A stretch of DNA of 64,000 bases from Syntrophaceae bacterium UBA2251 (GTDB lineage Bacteria > Desulfobacterota > Syntrophia > Syntrophales > UBA2251): positions 7,554-71,553 of the forward strand of contig DDXV01000020.1 of assembly GCA_002347815.1 (NCBI GenBank), written 5' to 3'. The notes under the pieces are model-generated. The model saw only the letters and a list, made by a program, of their open reading frames with translations, had not been told where the DNA came from and searched no databases. Within the stretch, counting starts at the first letter, position 1. The number at the start of each line of letters is the position of its first letter. Below, one piece after another: positions 25,073 to 34,651 of the stretch. A program made the position numbers and the translations under genes.

Positions 25073-26204
25073 AAACGCCTTCCGGAACCGCCTGCGGACG
25101 GGGCTGACGATCCTCGGGATCACCATCGCGATCCTGGCCTTCGGCCTTTTGCGCACGGTCGTGAGCGCCTGGTACGCGGGTGTGGCCGCCTCCTCCGCCA
25201 CCCGCCTGGTGACGCGCAACGCCGTCTCCCTCATCTTTCCCCTGCCGCTGGCCTACAAGGACAAGATCCGCCAGGTCGACGGCGTTTCCCACGTGTCCTG
25301 GGGCAACTGGTTCGGGGGGATCTACATCAGCGAGAAGAACTTCTTCGCCAATTTCTGCGTGGACCCCCCAAGCTACTTGGCCCTGTATCCCGAATACATC
25401 CTGTCCGAACGGGAGCGGAAGGCCTTCCTGTCCGACCGCAAAGGGTTCATCGCGGGCCGCAAGCTCGCCGACCGGTTCGGCTGGAAGCCGGGCGACACGG
25501 TGACGCTCAAGGGCGTCATCTTTCCCGGCAATTGGGATTTCGTCCTGCGGGGGATCTACCGCGGCCGGGACCGGACCATCGACGAGACCCAGTTCCTCTT
25601 TCAGTGGGAGTACCTGAACGAGACCGTCCGGCAGCGCTACCCCAGCCGTGCCGACCAGGTGGGCTTCTACATGATCGGGGTGGCGAGCCCCGAGCGGGCG
25701 GTGGATGTCGCGGGCGCCATCGACCGGCTCTTCAAGAATTCCCTGGCCGAGACCCTGACCGAGACGGAAAAGGCCTTCCAGCTCGGCTTCATCGCCATGA
25801 CGGAGGCGATCGTCATGGCCATCCAGCTCGTCTCGATCGTGATCATCGTCATCATCATGGCGGTGGTCGCGAACACGATGGCCATGACGACGCGGGAGCG
25901 GATCGGGGACTACGCCATCCTGAAGACCCTGGGGTTCGGCGGCCGGCAGATCGCCCTCCTCATCTTCGGCGAGGCCCTGGTCATCACCGGGATCGGCGCC
26001 GCCATCGGGATGGCCCTGACCTATCCGGCGGCCCGGGCCTTCGGCAGCACGCTGTCCAACTTCTTCCCCGTCTTCAACGTCGCGCGCGAGACCCTCTGGC
26101 TCGATCTCGGGGCGGCGCTCGTCGTGGCCGTCGCGGCGGCGGTGATTCCCACGCAGCGGGCGATCGGGATCCGCATCGCCGACGGCCTGCGGAGGATCGG
26201 CTGA
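25047..26204 (+). CDS. ABC transporter permease (FtsX/MacB-type)
   Basis: An N-terminal TM segment, a large periplasmic domain and a C-terminal FtsX-like three-TM bundle (TRERIGDYAILKTLGF). Confidence 0.85.
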   Translation: MILLRILIRNAFRNRLRTGLTILGITIAILAFGLLRTVVSAWYAGVAASSATRLVTRNAVSLIFPLPLAYKDKIRQVDGVSHVSWGNWFGGIYISEKNFFANFCVDPPSYLALYPEYILSERERKAFLSDRKGFIAGRKLADRFGWKPGDTVTLKGVIFPGNWDFVLRGIYRGRDRTIDETQFLFQWEYLNETVRQRYPSRADQVGFYMIGVASPERAVDVAGAIDRLFKNSLAETLTETEKAFQLGFIAMTEAIVMAIQLVSIVIIVIIMAVVANTMAMTTRERIGDYAILKTLGFGGRQIALLIFGEALVITGIGAAIGMALTYPAARAFGSTLSNFFPVFNVARETLWLDLGAALVVAVAAAVIPTQRAIGIRIADGLRRIG

Positions 26205-27370
26205 TGGCGGTGCCCTTCTCCTACAGCCTCCGCAACCTCTGGACCCGGCGCACGACCACGATCCTGACGGTCGCCGGCATGGCCCTCGTGGTGTTCGTCT
26301 TCGCCACGATCCTGATGCTCGCCGAAGGCCTCGAGCGGACCCTCGTCGAGACGGGATCGGCGGACAACGTCGTGGTGATCCGCAAGGGGTCGGCCTCCGA
26401 GGTCATGAGCGGCGTGGAGCGCGCGCAGGCGGCGGTCGTTGAGGTCCAGCCGGAGGTCGCCGTCGGCCGGGACGGCCGGAAGCTGCTCGCCAAGGAACTC
26501 GTCGTGCTCATCGCCCTGCCGAAACGGGGGAACGGAAAGGCCTCCAACGTCGTCCTGAGGGGGATCGGCCCCGCGTCCCTGGAGCTGCGCCCCCAGGTCC
26601 GCCTGGTGGCGGGGCGGCTGCCGCGGATGGGGTCCTCGGAGGTGATGGCGGGGCGGAGCGTCGTGAAGGGCTTCCGGGGCGTCGGGCTGAACGAGTGGGT
26701 TTGCTGCGGCCTGCGCGACTGGCGGGTCGTGGGGATCTTCGATGCGGGCAACACCGGCTTCAGCTCCGAGATCTGGGGGGACGCGGACCAGTTCATGCAG
26801 GCCTTCCGCCGGCCCGTCTACTCCTCCGTCCTCTTCAGGCTTCGAGATCCCCGTGAATTTCCGGCCGCGAAGGCGCGCCTGGAGACGGACCCCCGCCTGA
26901 CCCTCGAGGCGAAGCGGGAGACGCGCTATTACCTGGACCAGTCGGAGATCATGGCCAAGTTCCTCCGCATCCTCGGCGTTTCCCTGACGGTCATTTTCTC
27001 GATCGGGGCCATGCTCGGGGCCATGATCACCATGTACTCGGCCGTCGCCAACAGGACCGCCGAGATCGGGACGTTGCGCGCCCTGGGCTTCCGGCGCCGG
27101 AACATCCTGATCGCTTTCCTGATGGAGTCGCTGCTGCTGGGCTTCATCGGCGGGGCGGTCGGCATCGCCTGCTCGTCGCTGACCCAACTGATCACGGTCT
27201 CGACGCTGAACTTCCAGACCTTCTCCGAGCTGGCCTTCCGGTTCACCCTGAGCCCGGCGATCGCCGCCCAGGCGATGGGCTTCGCCCTCGGGATGGGCTT
27301 CATCGGCGGGGTCCTGCCCGCCCTCCGGGCCTCGCGCCTGAACATCGTCGACGCCCTGCGGGCCGTGTAG
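26204..27370 (+). CDS. ABC transporter permease (FtsX/MacB-type), second copy
   Basis: The ATG at 26204 overlaps the preceding stop (TGATG). Same architecture as the previous gene (NRTAEIGTLRALGF...LRASRLNIVDALR). Confidence 0.85.
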   Translation: MAVPFSYSLRNLWTRRTTTILTVAGMALVVFVFATILMLAEGLERTLVETGSADNVVVIRKGSASEVMSGVERAQAAVVEVQPEVAVGRDGRKLLAKELVVLIALPKRGNGKASNVVLRGIGPASLELRPQVRLVAGRLPRMGSSEVMAGRSVVKGFRGVGLNEWVCCGLRDWRVVGIFDAGNTGFSSEIWGDADQFMQAFRRPVYSSVLFRLRDPREFPAAKARLETDPRLTLEAKRETRYYLDQSEIMAKFLRILGVSLTVIFSIGAMLGAMITMYSAVANRTAEIGTLRALGFRRRNILIAFLMESLLLGFIGGAVGIACSSLTQLITVSTLNFQTFSELAFRFTLSPAIAAQAMGFALGMGFIGGVLPALRASRLNIVDALRAV

Positions 27371-27450
27371 AAAACCCGGCCGATCTTCGTTCAAGGGTCT
27401 GCGATCGGAGGGGGGTAACGCCCGCGCCCGCTCCGAAATTCCTCCGGCCT

Positions 27451-28563
27451 TCAGCGGACGGCGGCCAGGGCGGCGAGAAGGGCCTCCACGTTCTCTTCCG
27501 TGCACGACGCGCCCATGAGGCCGATCCGCCAGACCTTCCCCTTCAGCGCTCCCAGCCCGCCGCCGATCTCGATGCCGGCGCCGTCGAGGAGCTTCCGGCG
27601 GACGGCGGCCTCGTCCATTCCCTCCGGAACGAGGACGGTGTTGATCATGGGCGCGCGATCGGCCTCGGCCACGAGCATCGAGAATCCCATTTTCTGGAGG
27701 CCCCGGACCAGGGCCTGGTGCACTCGCCGATGCCGCTCCCACCGCGCTTCCAGGCCTTCCTCCAGGACGATCCGGAGGGCCTCCCGCAGGGCGTAGATCA
27801 TGCTGATCGGCGCCGTGTGGTGATACACCCGGTCCGGTCCCCAGTACTTGAGGATGAGGGTCATGTCGAGGTACCAGGACTGCACGCGGGTCTTTCGCTT
27901 CTCCAGGACCTCGACGGCGCGCGGGCCGAAGGTGATGGGGGCCAGGCCGGGGGGGCAGCTCAGGCACTTCTGCGTTCCCGAGTAGCAGATGTCGATGCCC
28001 CAGGCGTCGGTCTCCAGGGGGGCGCCGGCGAGGGACGTCACGGCGTCGACGAGGAAGAGGGCGCCCCGCGCGTGGGCCGCCTCCGCCAGTTCCGGGAGGG
28101 GCTGGAGGACGCCCGTGGAGGTCTCGGCGTGGACGACCGCCACGACCTTGGCGGGAGAGGCCGCGAGGGCCCTGCGGACGGCGGCGGGGTCCACGGGGGA
28201 TCCCCAGGGCGCCTCCACCCGCTCAAGTTCGGCGCCGCAGCGCGCCGCGATGTCGCACATCCGCTCTCCGAAAATGCCGTTGACGCACACCAGGATCCTG
28301 TCGCCCGGTTCGAGGACGTTGACCAGGGCCGCCTCCATCCCGGCGCTCCCCGTCCCCGACACGGGCAGGGTAAACCGGTTTTCCGTCCGCAGGACGGCCC
28401 GGAGCATCTCCTGGACCTCTTCCATGACGGCGAGAAAGGCGGGGTCGAGGTGGCCGATGACGGGGGCCCCCAGGGCCGCCGTGACGGCCGGCGGGACGTT
28501 GCTCGGTCCCGGCCCCAGGAGGATCCGGTGCGGCGGGGTCAGGGGTTCGTAGCGTTTGGACAT
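27451..28563 (-). CDS. class V aminotransferase (serine-pyruvate / alanine-glyoxylate type)
   Basis: 370 aa. Has LLGPGPSNVP and the PLP-lysine context YSGTQKCL. The overall pattern matches the AGXT/SgaA family. Confidence 0.85.
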   Translation of the reverse strand: MSKRYEPLTPPHRILLGPGPSNVPPAVTAALGAPVIGHLDPAFLAVMEEVQEMLRAVLRTENRFTLPVSGTGSAGMEAALVNVLEPGDRILVCVNGIFGERMCDIAARCGAELERVEAPWGSPVDPAAVRRALAASPAKVVAVVHAETSTGVLQPLPELAEAAHARGALFLVDAVTSLAGAPLETDAWGIDICYSGTQKCLSCPPGLAPITFGPRAVEVLEKRKTRVQSWYLDMTLILKYWGPDRVYHHTAPISMIYALREALRIVLEEGLEARWERHRRVHQALVRGLQKMGFSMLVAEADRAPMINTVLVPEGMDEAAVRRKLLDGAGIEIGGGLGALKGKVWRIGLMGASCTEENVEALLAALAAVR

Positions 28564-28596
28564 GCCGGTCTCCTTTCCGTGCAGAAGGCGGTCCCG

Positions 28597-29589
28597 TCAG
28601 CCCCGCCGGGACAGGGCCTCGGGGTTGACGAGGTGTTTCGGGACCTCGCCCCGGAGGGCGGCGATCAGGTTGTTCGCCGCCATGACGGCCATCCGCTCCC
28701 GGGTCGCCACGGAGGCGCTGCCGATGTGGGGGACGATGAGGCAGTTGGGCAGGCCGAGGAGGGGGTGATCCTTGGGCAGGGGTTCGGGATCCGTCACGTC
28801 CAGGGCGGCGGCGGCGATGACGCCGTCCCGAAGGGCCCCGTACAGCGCCTCCGGGTCCACCACGCCCCCCCGGGCGGTGTTGACGAGCACGGCCGTTTCC
28901 TTCATGTTGCGCAGGGCGGCCCCGTCGATGAGGTGCCGCGTCTCGGCGTTGAGCGGCACGTGGAGGCTGACGAAGTCCGATTTCCGGAGGAGTTCGTCGA
29001 GGGTGGCGCACCGCTTCGCCCCGGCCGCCTCGCCGGCCGCCGTCTCACCCCGGGGGTGGTGGTAAAGGACCTCCATCTCGAAACCCCGGGCCCTCCGGGC
29101 CATGGCCTGGCCGATCCGGCCCATGCCGACGATCCCGAGGACGGCCCCGTGGATGTCCCGTCCCAGCAGGACGAGCGGTTCGAAAGTCTCCCATTTCCCC
29201 GCCCGGATGCAGTCCACCCCTTCCACGATCCGCCTCGCCGCCGCCATGAGCAGGGCGAACGCGAGGTCGGCCGTGGCTTCCGTCACGGCGCCGGGGGTGT
29301 GGCCGACGAGGATTCCCCGGGCGGTTGCCGCGGGGACGTCGATGTTGTCGAAACCGACGGCGTAATTGCTGATGATCTTGAGCCCGGGGCCGGCGGCGTC
29401 CATGACGGCGGCGTCCATCCGGTCGTTGAGAAGGGACAGGATCCCGTCCACCCCCCGCACCTGCTCGAGAAAGGTGTCCCGGGGCGGGGGGAACCGCCCC
29501 TCCCAGATCCGGGCATCGCAGGCCGCCCGGATTAGGCCGAGCCCCGCCGCAGGGATGATCCGGGTGACGAAGACCTTCGCTTTTCCCAT
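28597..29589 (-). CDS. D-2-hydroxyacid dehydrogenase (glyoxylate/hydroxypyruvate reductase type)
   Basis: NAD motif [16 protein letters not shown] and catalytic region PHIGSAS. 330 aa. Confidence 0.88.
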   Translation of the reverse strand: MGKAKVFVTRIIPAAGLGLIRAACDARIWEGRFPPPRDTFLEQVRGVDGILSLLNDRMDAAVMDAAGPGLKIISNYAVGFDNIDVPAATARGILVGHTPGAVTEATADLAFALLMAAARRIVEGVDCIRAGKWETFEPLVLLGRDIHGAVLGIVGMGRIGQAMARRARGFEMEVLYHHPRGETAAGEAAGAKRCATLDELLRKSDFVSLHVPLNAETRHLIDGAALRNMKETAVLVNTARGGVVDPEALYGALRDGVIAAAALDVTDPEPLPKDHPLLGLPNCLIVPHIGSASVATRERMAVMAANNLIAALRGEVPKHLVNPEALSRRG

Positions 29590-29599
29590 GGAACGGTCC

Positions 29600-30520
29600 C
29601 TACGACTTCGCGAGGAGGGCGTCGTAGACCCGGCGGTTGAAGGGGGTGTCGATCCCCAGGGCCTGGCCCGCCCGGACCACGTATCCCATGAACGTCTCGA
29701 TCTCCGTTTTCCTCCCGTTCTCCATGTCCACCTGGAAGGAGGTCTTCGTCTCGTAGGGGAAGCGCGCCACCGTTTCCATGGCCTGGGCGACGGCGTTTGC
29801 GGGGAGGCCGATTCCCCGGGCCCGGGCCAGCCGGTCCACCTCGTTCATCATCCCCTCGAGCAGACGGAGGGCCTCCGGGTCTTCCAGGATGCCCCCCAGG
29901 GATTTCCCGAAGAGGGCCGTCGCGCCCGCCACCGGCGAGATGAAGAGGAACTTTTTCCAGACCTCCACGGCGACGGCCTCGGTCAGAACGGCCTGGATGC
30001 CCGCTTCCAGAAAGAGGGATTCGATCGTACGGAAGGGCGCCGCCGGCCCCGTTTCGGGGCCGAAGAACAGGCTGCCCGCCCCGCCCAGCTGCTGGACCAC
30101 GCCGGGCGCGGCGATGCGGCTCGAGATGTACACCGTCCCGTTCAGGACCCGGGCGCGGGGCAGGATCTTCCCCAGCCGCTCCGCGGTGTCCACGCCGTTC
30201 TCGAGGGGGATGACGACGGTCGCCTCCCCCGTGACCTCCGCGAGGGCCCCGGCGGCGCCGTCGAGATCGTACCCCTTGACCGTGATCAGGACGAGGTCCA
30301 GGGGGCCGAGGTCTCCCGGACGGTCCGTGGCTTGGGCCGGTCGAGCGACGAACTCCCCGTCCGGGGTGACGACCCGGAGTCCCTGCTTCCGGATCGCCTC
30401 GAGGTGTGCGCCGCGCGCCACGAAGGCGATCCGGTGTTCGTCTCCGGCTTCGTAACGGCGGGCCAGCCGGCCCCCGTAGTAGCCCCCAACGCCGCCGATG
30501 CCGATAATCGCGATGTTCAT
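29600..30520 (-). CDS. 2-dehydropantoate 2-reductase family (PanE/ApbA) oxidoreductase
   Basis: [20 protein letters not shown] Rossmann N-terminus and the ApbA_C region (...[16 protein letters not shown]...). Confidence 0.85.
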   Translation of the reverse strand: MNIAIIGIGGVGGYYGGRLARRYEAGDEHRIAFVARGAHLEAIRKQGLRVVTPDGEFVARPAQATDRPGDLGPLDLVLITVKGYDLDGAAGALAEVTGEATVVIPLENGVDTAERLGKILPRARVLNGTVYISSRIAAPGVVQQLGGAGSLFFGPETGPAAPFRTIESLFLEAGIQAVLTEAVAVEVWKKFLFISPVAGATALFGKSLGGILEDPEALRLLEGMMNEVDRLARARGIGLPANAVAQAMETVARFPYETKTSFQVDMENGRKTEIETFMGYVVRAGQALGIDTPFNRRVYDALLAKS

Positions 30521-31200
30521 GGGGTCTTTCCTTTCTTCGCGTCCGACGCGAGGGAGGTGATCAGCTCGTAAATGGGCCGGAACATCGTCGCTACTCGCCC
30601 TCTTTTGGGGATCATGAACACGAACCCCTTGCGATCGCCGGGAACCAGGGCGATGTGGCGGATCGTTCCCGGATCGGGATGACGGGCGAGATGATCGCGG
30701 AACCGTTCCCGCACATTCAAGTTATCATAATAGAGGATAAAATCCAGCTTTCCCCACCGAACCGTCTCCTTTTCCAGCCGGGCTTCGTTGGCGATCTTCG
30801 GCCCCCGGAAACGGCTGTAGGACCGTTCGATGAGATGGCCCTCTCCGGGGACGTCCGACTTCAGATGAATCGTGACGAAGAGACGGTCGAACCGCATGGT
30901 GAGAAGGGAGATGGGCAGGTAAAGCCACGACTGGCGGGGGAGGAGCGTGATCGTCGCATCCACCCGCGACACCGGACCTTTTCGTTTGAGGAGGAGGTTG
31001 GCGTGATACCCCACGACGCCGCCGATGGTCGTGTAGGTCTGGTCGTCGGGATTCACCGTGTCCACCAGGGCCTGGAAGGCGTCGAGGAAAATCTTCCGGT
31101 TTCTTCTCCGGCCCTGGAAGTACCCCACCGTCAGGAGGATCGTGGTGACGACGAACAGATAGAACAAGGGTTCCTGCAGGATGTATTCGTGTTCGAACAT
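30517..31200 (-). CDS. hypothetical membrane-anchored protein
   Basis: 227-aa ORF with one N-terminal TM helix (LFYLFVVTTILLTVGYF). It lies 2 nt after the ArsA-like gene's stop, and its own stop overlaps the panE-like start by 4 nt. No family recognised. Confidence 0.65.
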   Translation of the reverse strand: MFEHEYILQEPLFYLFVVTTILLTVGYFQGRRRNRKIFLDAFQALVDTVNPDDQTYTTIGGVVGYHANLLLKRKGPVSRVDATITLLPRQSWLYLPISLLTMRFDRLFVTIHLKSDVPGEGHLIERSYSRFRGPKIANEARLEKETVRWGKLDFILYYDNLNVRERFRDHLARHPDPGTIRHIALVPGDRKGFVFMIPKRGRVATMFRPIYELITSLASDAKKGKTP

Positions 31201-31202
31201 GT

Positions 31203-32138
31203 TCAGAACCGCTCCCCGATGTCGTTATCGATCCGGTAGAGGACCGTCTCTCTCCCCTCGTAAAGGGCCTCCGACAGGGGCACCCGTTCCACGGGAACGC
31301 CGGGCGCCGCCTTCTGCAGGGCCTGCTCGACCCGCTCCGCCATCTCCCGGTTCCGCTCCGTGACCTTGTTGTTCACCAGCAGACGGAGCGGCAGGTGAAG
31401 CTCCGCGAGACCCTCCGCGAGCCGGCAGGATTCCTGGAGGGAAAGAAGGTCGGGGTTGAATACGAGAACCACGCTGCAATCCGCCCCCCGCAGGAGGCCG
31501 TTCAGCCGGTTGTAATTCTCCCGGAGGGCGCGGAGCCGCTCCAGGATCGCATCCTCCCCGGGATCGTATGCCAATCTCTCTTCCACCGGGGTTTCCCCTG
31601 CCTTCATAGGCCTGCGGATCTTTCCGATCGTGTAGCGCTTTTCGAGAATCGTCTCCCGGATGCGGATCAGCCGGTCGATCCAGGTGAGGGTCACGCTGGG
31701 GAGGGCGAGGAAGCGGAGGGTGAGCCCCGTCGGCGGGGTGTCGAAAATCACGTAGTCGAAGCCGGTTTGGGCGTTCAGGGTTCGCTCGATGCTCGTGAGG
31801 AGGGCATACTCCTCGATTCCCGGCGAGTACTTGAGGACGGAAAAGTAGTCGTCCAGGTTGAGCACCTGGAGATAGCGGTAGGTCTCCCCGAGGACCCGGG
31901 TTTCCCGTTCGAGATACTCCCGGGACAGCTTTTTAAGATCCACCTCCTGGATCGTCAGGGTGTCCGAGATCTTTTTCCCGCCGCTGTCCGCCGTGACGCC
32001 GAAAATGTCTCCGAGGTTGTGGGCCGGGTCGAGGGACTGGACGAGCACCCGGGCCCGCCGGGAGATCTGCCGGCCCCAGGCGGCGGCGATGGTGGACTTT
32101 CCCACCCCCCCCTTTCCCGTAAAGAACAAAAACTTCAT
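31203..32138 (-). CDS. ArsA/Get3-family P-loop ATPase (single-domain)
   Basis: The ATG at 32138 gives MKFLFFTGKGGVGKSTIAAA (deviant Walker A) and DPAHNLGDIF (ArsA signature-like). The track's 429-aa ORF is an upstream extension. Confidence 0.85.
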   Translation of the reverse strand: MKFLFFTGKGGVGKSTIAAAWGRQISRRARVLVQSLDPAHNLGDIFGVTADSGGKKISDTLTIQEVDLKKLSREYLERETRVLGETYRYLQVLNLDDYFSVLKYSPGIEEYALLTSIERTLNAQTGFDYVIFDTPPTGLTLRFLALPSVTLTWIDRLIRIRETILEKRYTIGKIRRPMKAGETPVEERLAYDPGEDAILERLRALRENYNRLNGLLRGADCSVVLVFNPDLLSLQESCRLAEGLAELHLPLRLLVNNKVTERNREMAERVEQALQKAAPGVPVERVPLSEALYEGRETVLYRIDNDIGERF

Positions 32139-32431
32139 CCGTCGATTCCCAGCATGCCGCACATTTCGGCGAGCATGTCCCCGGCGTCCTCCGCCCGGAC
32201 GTTCAGGATCCGGATCTCCCGTTCCATGAAGGGCAGGAGCTCCACGGCCAAAAACGTCGGGGGGGACGGCAGGCCGATGAAGGATCCGAGGACGAGGAGG
32301 GCGAAGATGTTTTCCAGCTCCCTTGCTTCCACGGCGGTCAGCGCCGCGGCGCTTTCCCGGTGATGGTCGCCAAACCGGATCAGGAATTCCCGCAGGAGCG
32401 AAATCGGGGATAATTTCATGCACGCATCCAT
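32135..32431 (-). CDS. small hypothetical protein coupled to the ArsA-like ATPase
   Basis: 98-aa ORF whose stop overlaps the ATPase start by 4 nt. It lies 57 nt downstream of cstA. No family recognised. Confidence 0.55.
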   Translation of the reverse strand: MDACMKLSPISLLREFLIRFGDHHRESAAALTAVEARELENIFALLVLGSFIGLPSPPTFLAVELLPFMEREIRILNVRAEDAGDMLAEMCGMLGIDG

Positions 32432-32488
32432 CGCCGGGCAAAAGGCGCGGCGCGGGATCTTCGGGGTCCCCCGCGCCGCGCCGTCCGT

Positions 32489-34231
32489 TCATTTGGATTG
32501 GACCTGTTCACGGTAGTACTTCTTCACGAAATCCACGATGAAAATGAAGTTCATGATGAGCATGACGATCGAAATGCCCATGACGGTCCAACCCTGGACG
32601 GGCGAGCTGGCGATGTTCGCCGGCAGGGGAACCCACATGAACCACACCAGGGCGGCGGTGACCGTCACCCACAGGATCCAGGCGGGGATGACGGCCACAT
32701 GGCAGAATCTGGACTGCAGCTTCGTATGGACCCAGCACGCCCCGGTCATCAGGGCGATGGAGGCGATCAACTGGTTCGCCGCGCCGAAGGAGGGCCAGAG
32801 GATAGTGAAGTTCTTGCTGTAGGCCAGGTAGATCCCGATGAAGGCCGGGATGAGCGAGGCGATCCAGCGGTTCGTGAGAAAATTGTAGAATCCCGACGCC
32901 GTCCCCTTGAGGGGGATCGCCATCTCTGAGACGCAGTAGCGGGCCAGCCGGTTCGTCGTGTCGAGGGTCGTCAGGGCGAAGGCGGCGACCCACATCCCGG
33001 CCAGCACCTTCACATACTGGGTGGGGATCACCGACAGCCACGTGGCGGCCACCATATCGGCGTAGGACTGGACAAAGAGGTTCGCCTGGGAAAGCCCGAG
33101 CTTCGTGGACAGGGGCGTGAACTGGGCGGCCCAGGTGGAGGCGGTCAGGGTGAACTCGATGCCCTTCTCCGCCGCCGCCGTCTGCAGGGCCGTGAACCCG
33201 AACCCCGCGATGGCCACCACGACGATCGTCGACAGGAACCCCTCGGTGAACATGGCGCCGTAACCGATGAGGAGGGCGTCGCTTTCCTTGGTGAGCTGCT
33301 TGGAGGTCGTTCCCGAGGCCACCAGGGAGTGGAACCCCGACAGGGACCCGCAGGCGATGATCAGCGGGATCGCCGGCCAGAAGGGGGTCGGCTTGCCGCC
33401 CGTGAGGATGGGGGAGAAGCTCGTGAAGGCGGGAACCTCGAAACCCCGGAAGGCGAAGACCGCCGCGAGGAGCCCCAGGATGAGTCCGGCGTACAGCAGG
33501 AAGGAGTTCTGGTAGTCCCTCGGCTGCAGCAGGACGTTCACGGGGATGGCGGCGGCGATGATGATATAGAAGAACAGGACGTACATCCACGTTTCGTAGG
33601 TCGCCGGCATGGGAAACTCCACGCCCAGGAAGATGGCGATGGCGAGCAGAACGATGCCGATGACGCTCGCCAGGGTGAAGTTCATCTTCACCCGGTAGAT
33701 GAGGACGCCCAGGATGAGGGCCGCGATGATCGACCAGACATAGGCGGAGGCGATGGCGGGCGTCTTCACGAACATGCCGCCGATGACGGCGCTGAAGGCC
33801 GCCACGACGAGGATCAGCAGGAAGAAGACGAGCCAGTAGAAGGCGGTTCCCGTTCTCTTCCCCATGAGGTCCGAGGCCACGAACTGGATCGACCGGCCGT
33901 CGTAGCGGACGGACGCCATGAGGGCGAGATAGTCATGGACGGCCCCGATGAAAATGTTGCCGAACCAGACCCAGAGAAGCCCCGGCACCCAGCCGTAGGC
34001 CATGGCGAGCGCCGGTCCGATGATGGGCGCCGCTCCGGCGATGGAGGAGAAATGATGACCGAACAGGACGGCCTTGCGTGCGGGGATGTAGTCGACGCCG
34101 TCGTACAGGCGGGACGACGGCGCCTCGTTGGCGTCGGTCGCCCCCACCACATCCCGCTCCAGTTTTTTCCCGTAGAGGAAATAGAGGAGGACATAAATCG
34201 CTAAACCGACCAAGACAATCAGGGTAGTCAC
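32489..34231 (-). CDS. cstA: carbon starvation protein A family transporter (CstA/BtsT-type peptide/pyruvate transporter)
   Basis: 580-aa polytopic protein. N-terminus YGKKLERDV...PARKAVLFGHHFSSIAGAAPIIGP is the CstA hallmark. GTG start follows AAAGGAGG. Confidence 0.9.
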   Translation of the reverse strand: MTTLIVLVGLAIYVLLYFLYGKKLERDVVGATDANEAPSSRLYDGVDYIPARKAVLFGHHFSSIAGAAPIIGPALAMAYGWVPGLLWVWFGNIFIGAVHDYLALMASVRYDGRSIQFVASDLMGKRTGTAFYWLVFFLLILVVAAFSAVIGGMFVKTPAIASAYVWSIIAALILGVLIYRVKMNFTLASVIGIVLLAIAIFLGVEFPMPATYETWMYVLFFYIIIAAAIPVNVLLQPRDYQNSFLLYAGLILGLLAAVFAFRGFEVPAFTSFSPILTGGKPTPFWPAIPLIIACGSLSGFHSLVASGTTSKQLTKESDALLIGYGAMFTEGFLSTIVVVAIAGFGFTALQTAAAEKGIEFTLTASTWAAQFTPLSTKLGLSQANLFVQSYADMVAATWLSVIPTQYVKVLAGMWVAAFALTTLDTTNRLARYCVSEMAIPLKGTASGFYNFLTNRWIASLIPAFIGIYLAYSKNFTILWPSFGAANQLIASIALMTGACWVHTKLQSRFCHVAVIPAWILWVTVTAALVWFMWVPLPANIASSPVQGWTVMGISIVMLIMNFIFIVDFVKKYYREQVQSK

Positions 34232-34651
34232 GTTCTTACCTCCTTTCTGAAGCCATGCATGTTACGGTTCGGTGCAGGAAGCCCCTGTCCGGACGTTCCG
34301 GATGCGGGGACATCCCCTTCGTTGATTCTGGAAAAACGGCTTGACGGTCGGGACGGGACTCAAGAGGGTGGAAACATCGTTTCGAAATCCGGCGGACTTT
34401 CCCATGGAGCGGCTCCCTTGGGGTGGATCATGCCAGCATCCTGTTTCTGAATGCGTATACTGTAAACAAGTAAGGCCCGCATGTCAAAGGAAATCTGGCA
34501 ACCTGGGATCGCGTCTTGCTTTTCCCAATCGGCCGGGGTATGGAACAGACGTGTGTCCGACGGGAGCCGGAGCGGGACGGCCCGATGCGCCGCGCCGCGC
34601 GGGCAGACGGGTCCGGCGCGGGAGAACGGACTGCGGACCGGGGGGAAGAGA

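Noticed and set aside
26021-27967. 648-aa minus-strand ORF. Similar long shadow ORFs occur at 27718-29535 (+), 47012-49045 (-), 50478-52169 (-), 7666-9030 (-), 35415-36599 (-), 34484-36031 (-), 20001-21518 (+) and 55859-57121 (-).
   Set aside because: All lie opposite genes with strong family signatures. All have the Arg/Gly/Pro/His-rich look of non-coding frames in GC-rich DNA.
32105-32112. An 8-nt C/G homopolymer inside the P-loop codons (GKGGVGK) of the ArsA-like ATPase. I considered it as a potential slippage or phase-variation tract.
   Set aside because: The gene is in frame. The run is the expected consequence of encoding Gly-Gly with GGG codons in a GC-rich genome. I see no evidence of variation from a single sequence.
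34494-34520. TGGCAA...N...TTGC sequence in the cstA/queG divergent region that resembles a sigma-54 -24/-12 promoter.
   Set aside because: The GG-to-GC spacing does not match the canonical GG-N10-GC, and the -12 element is poor.
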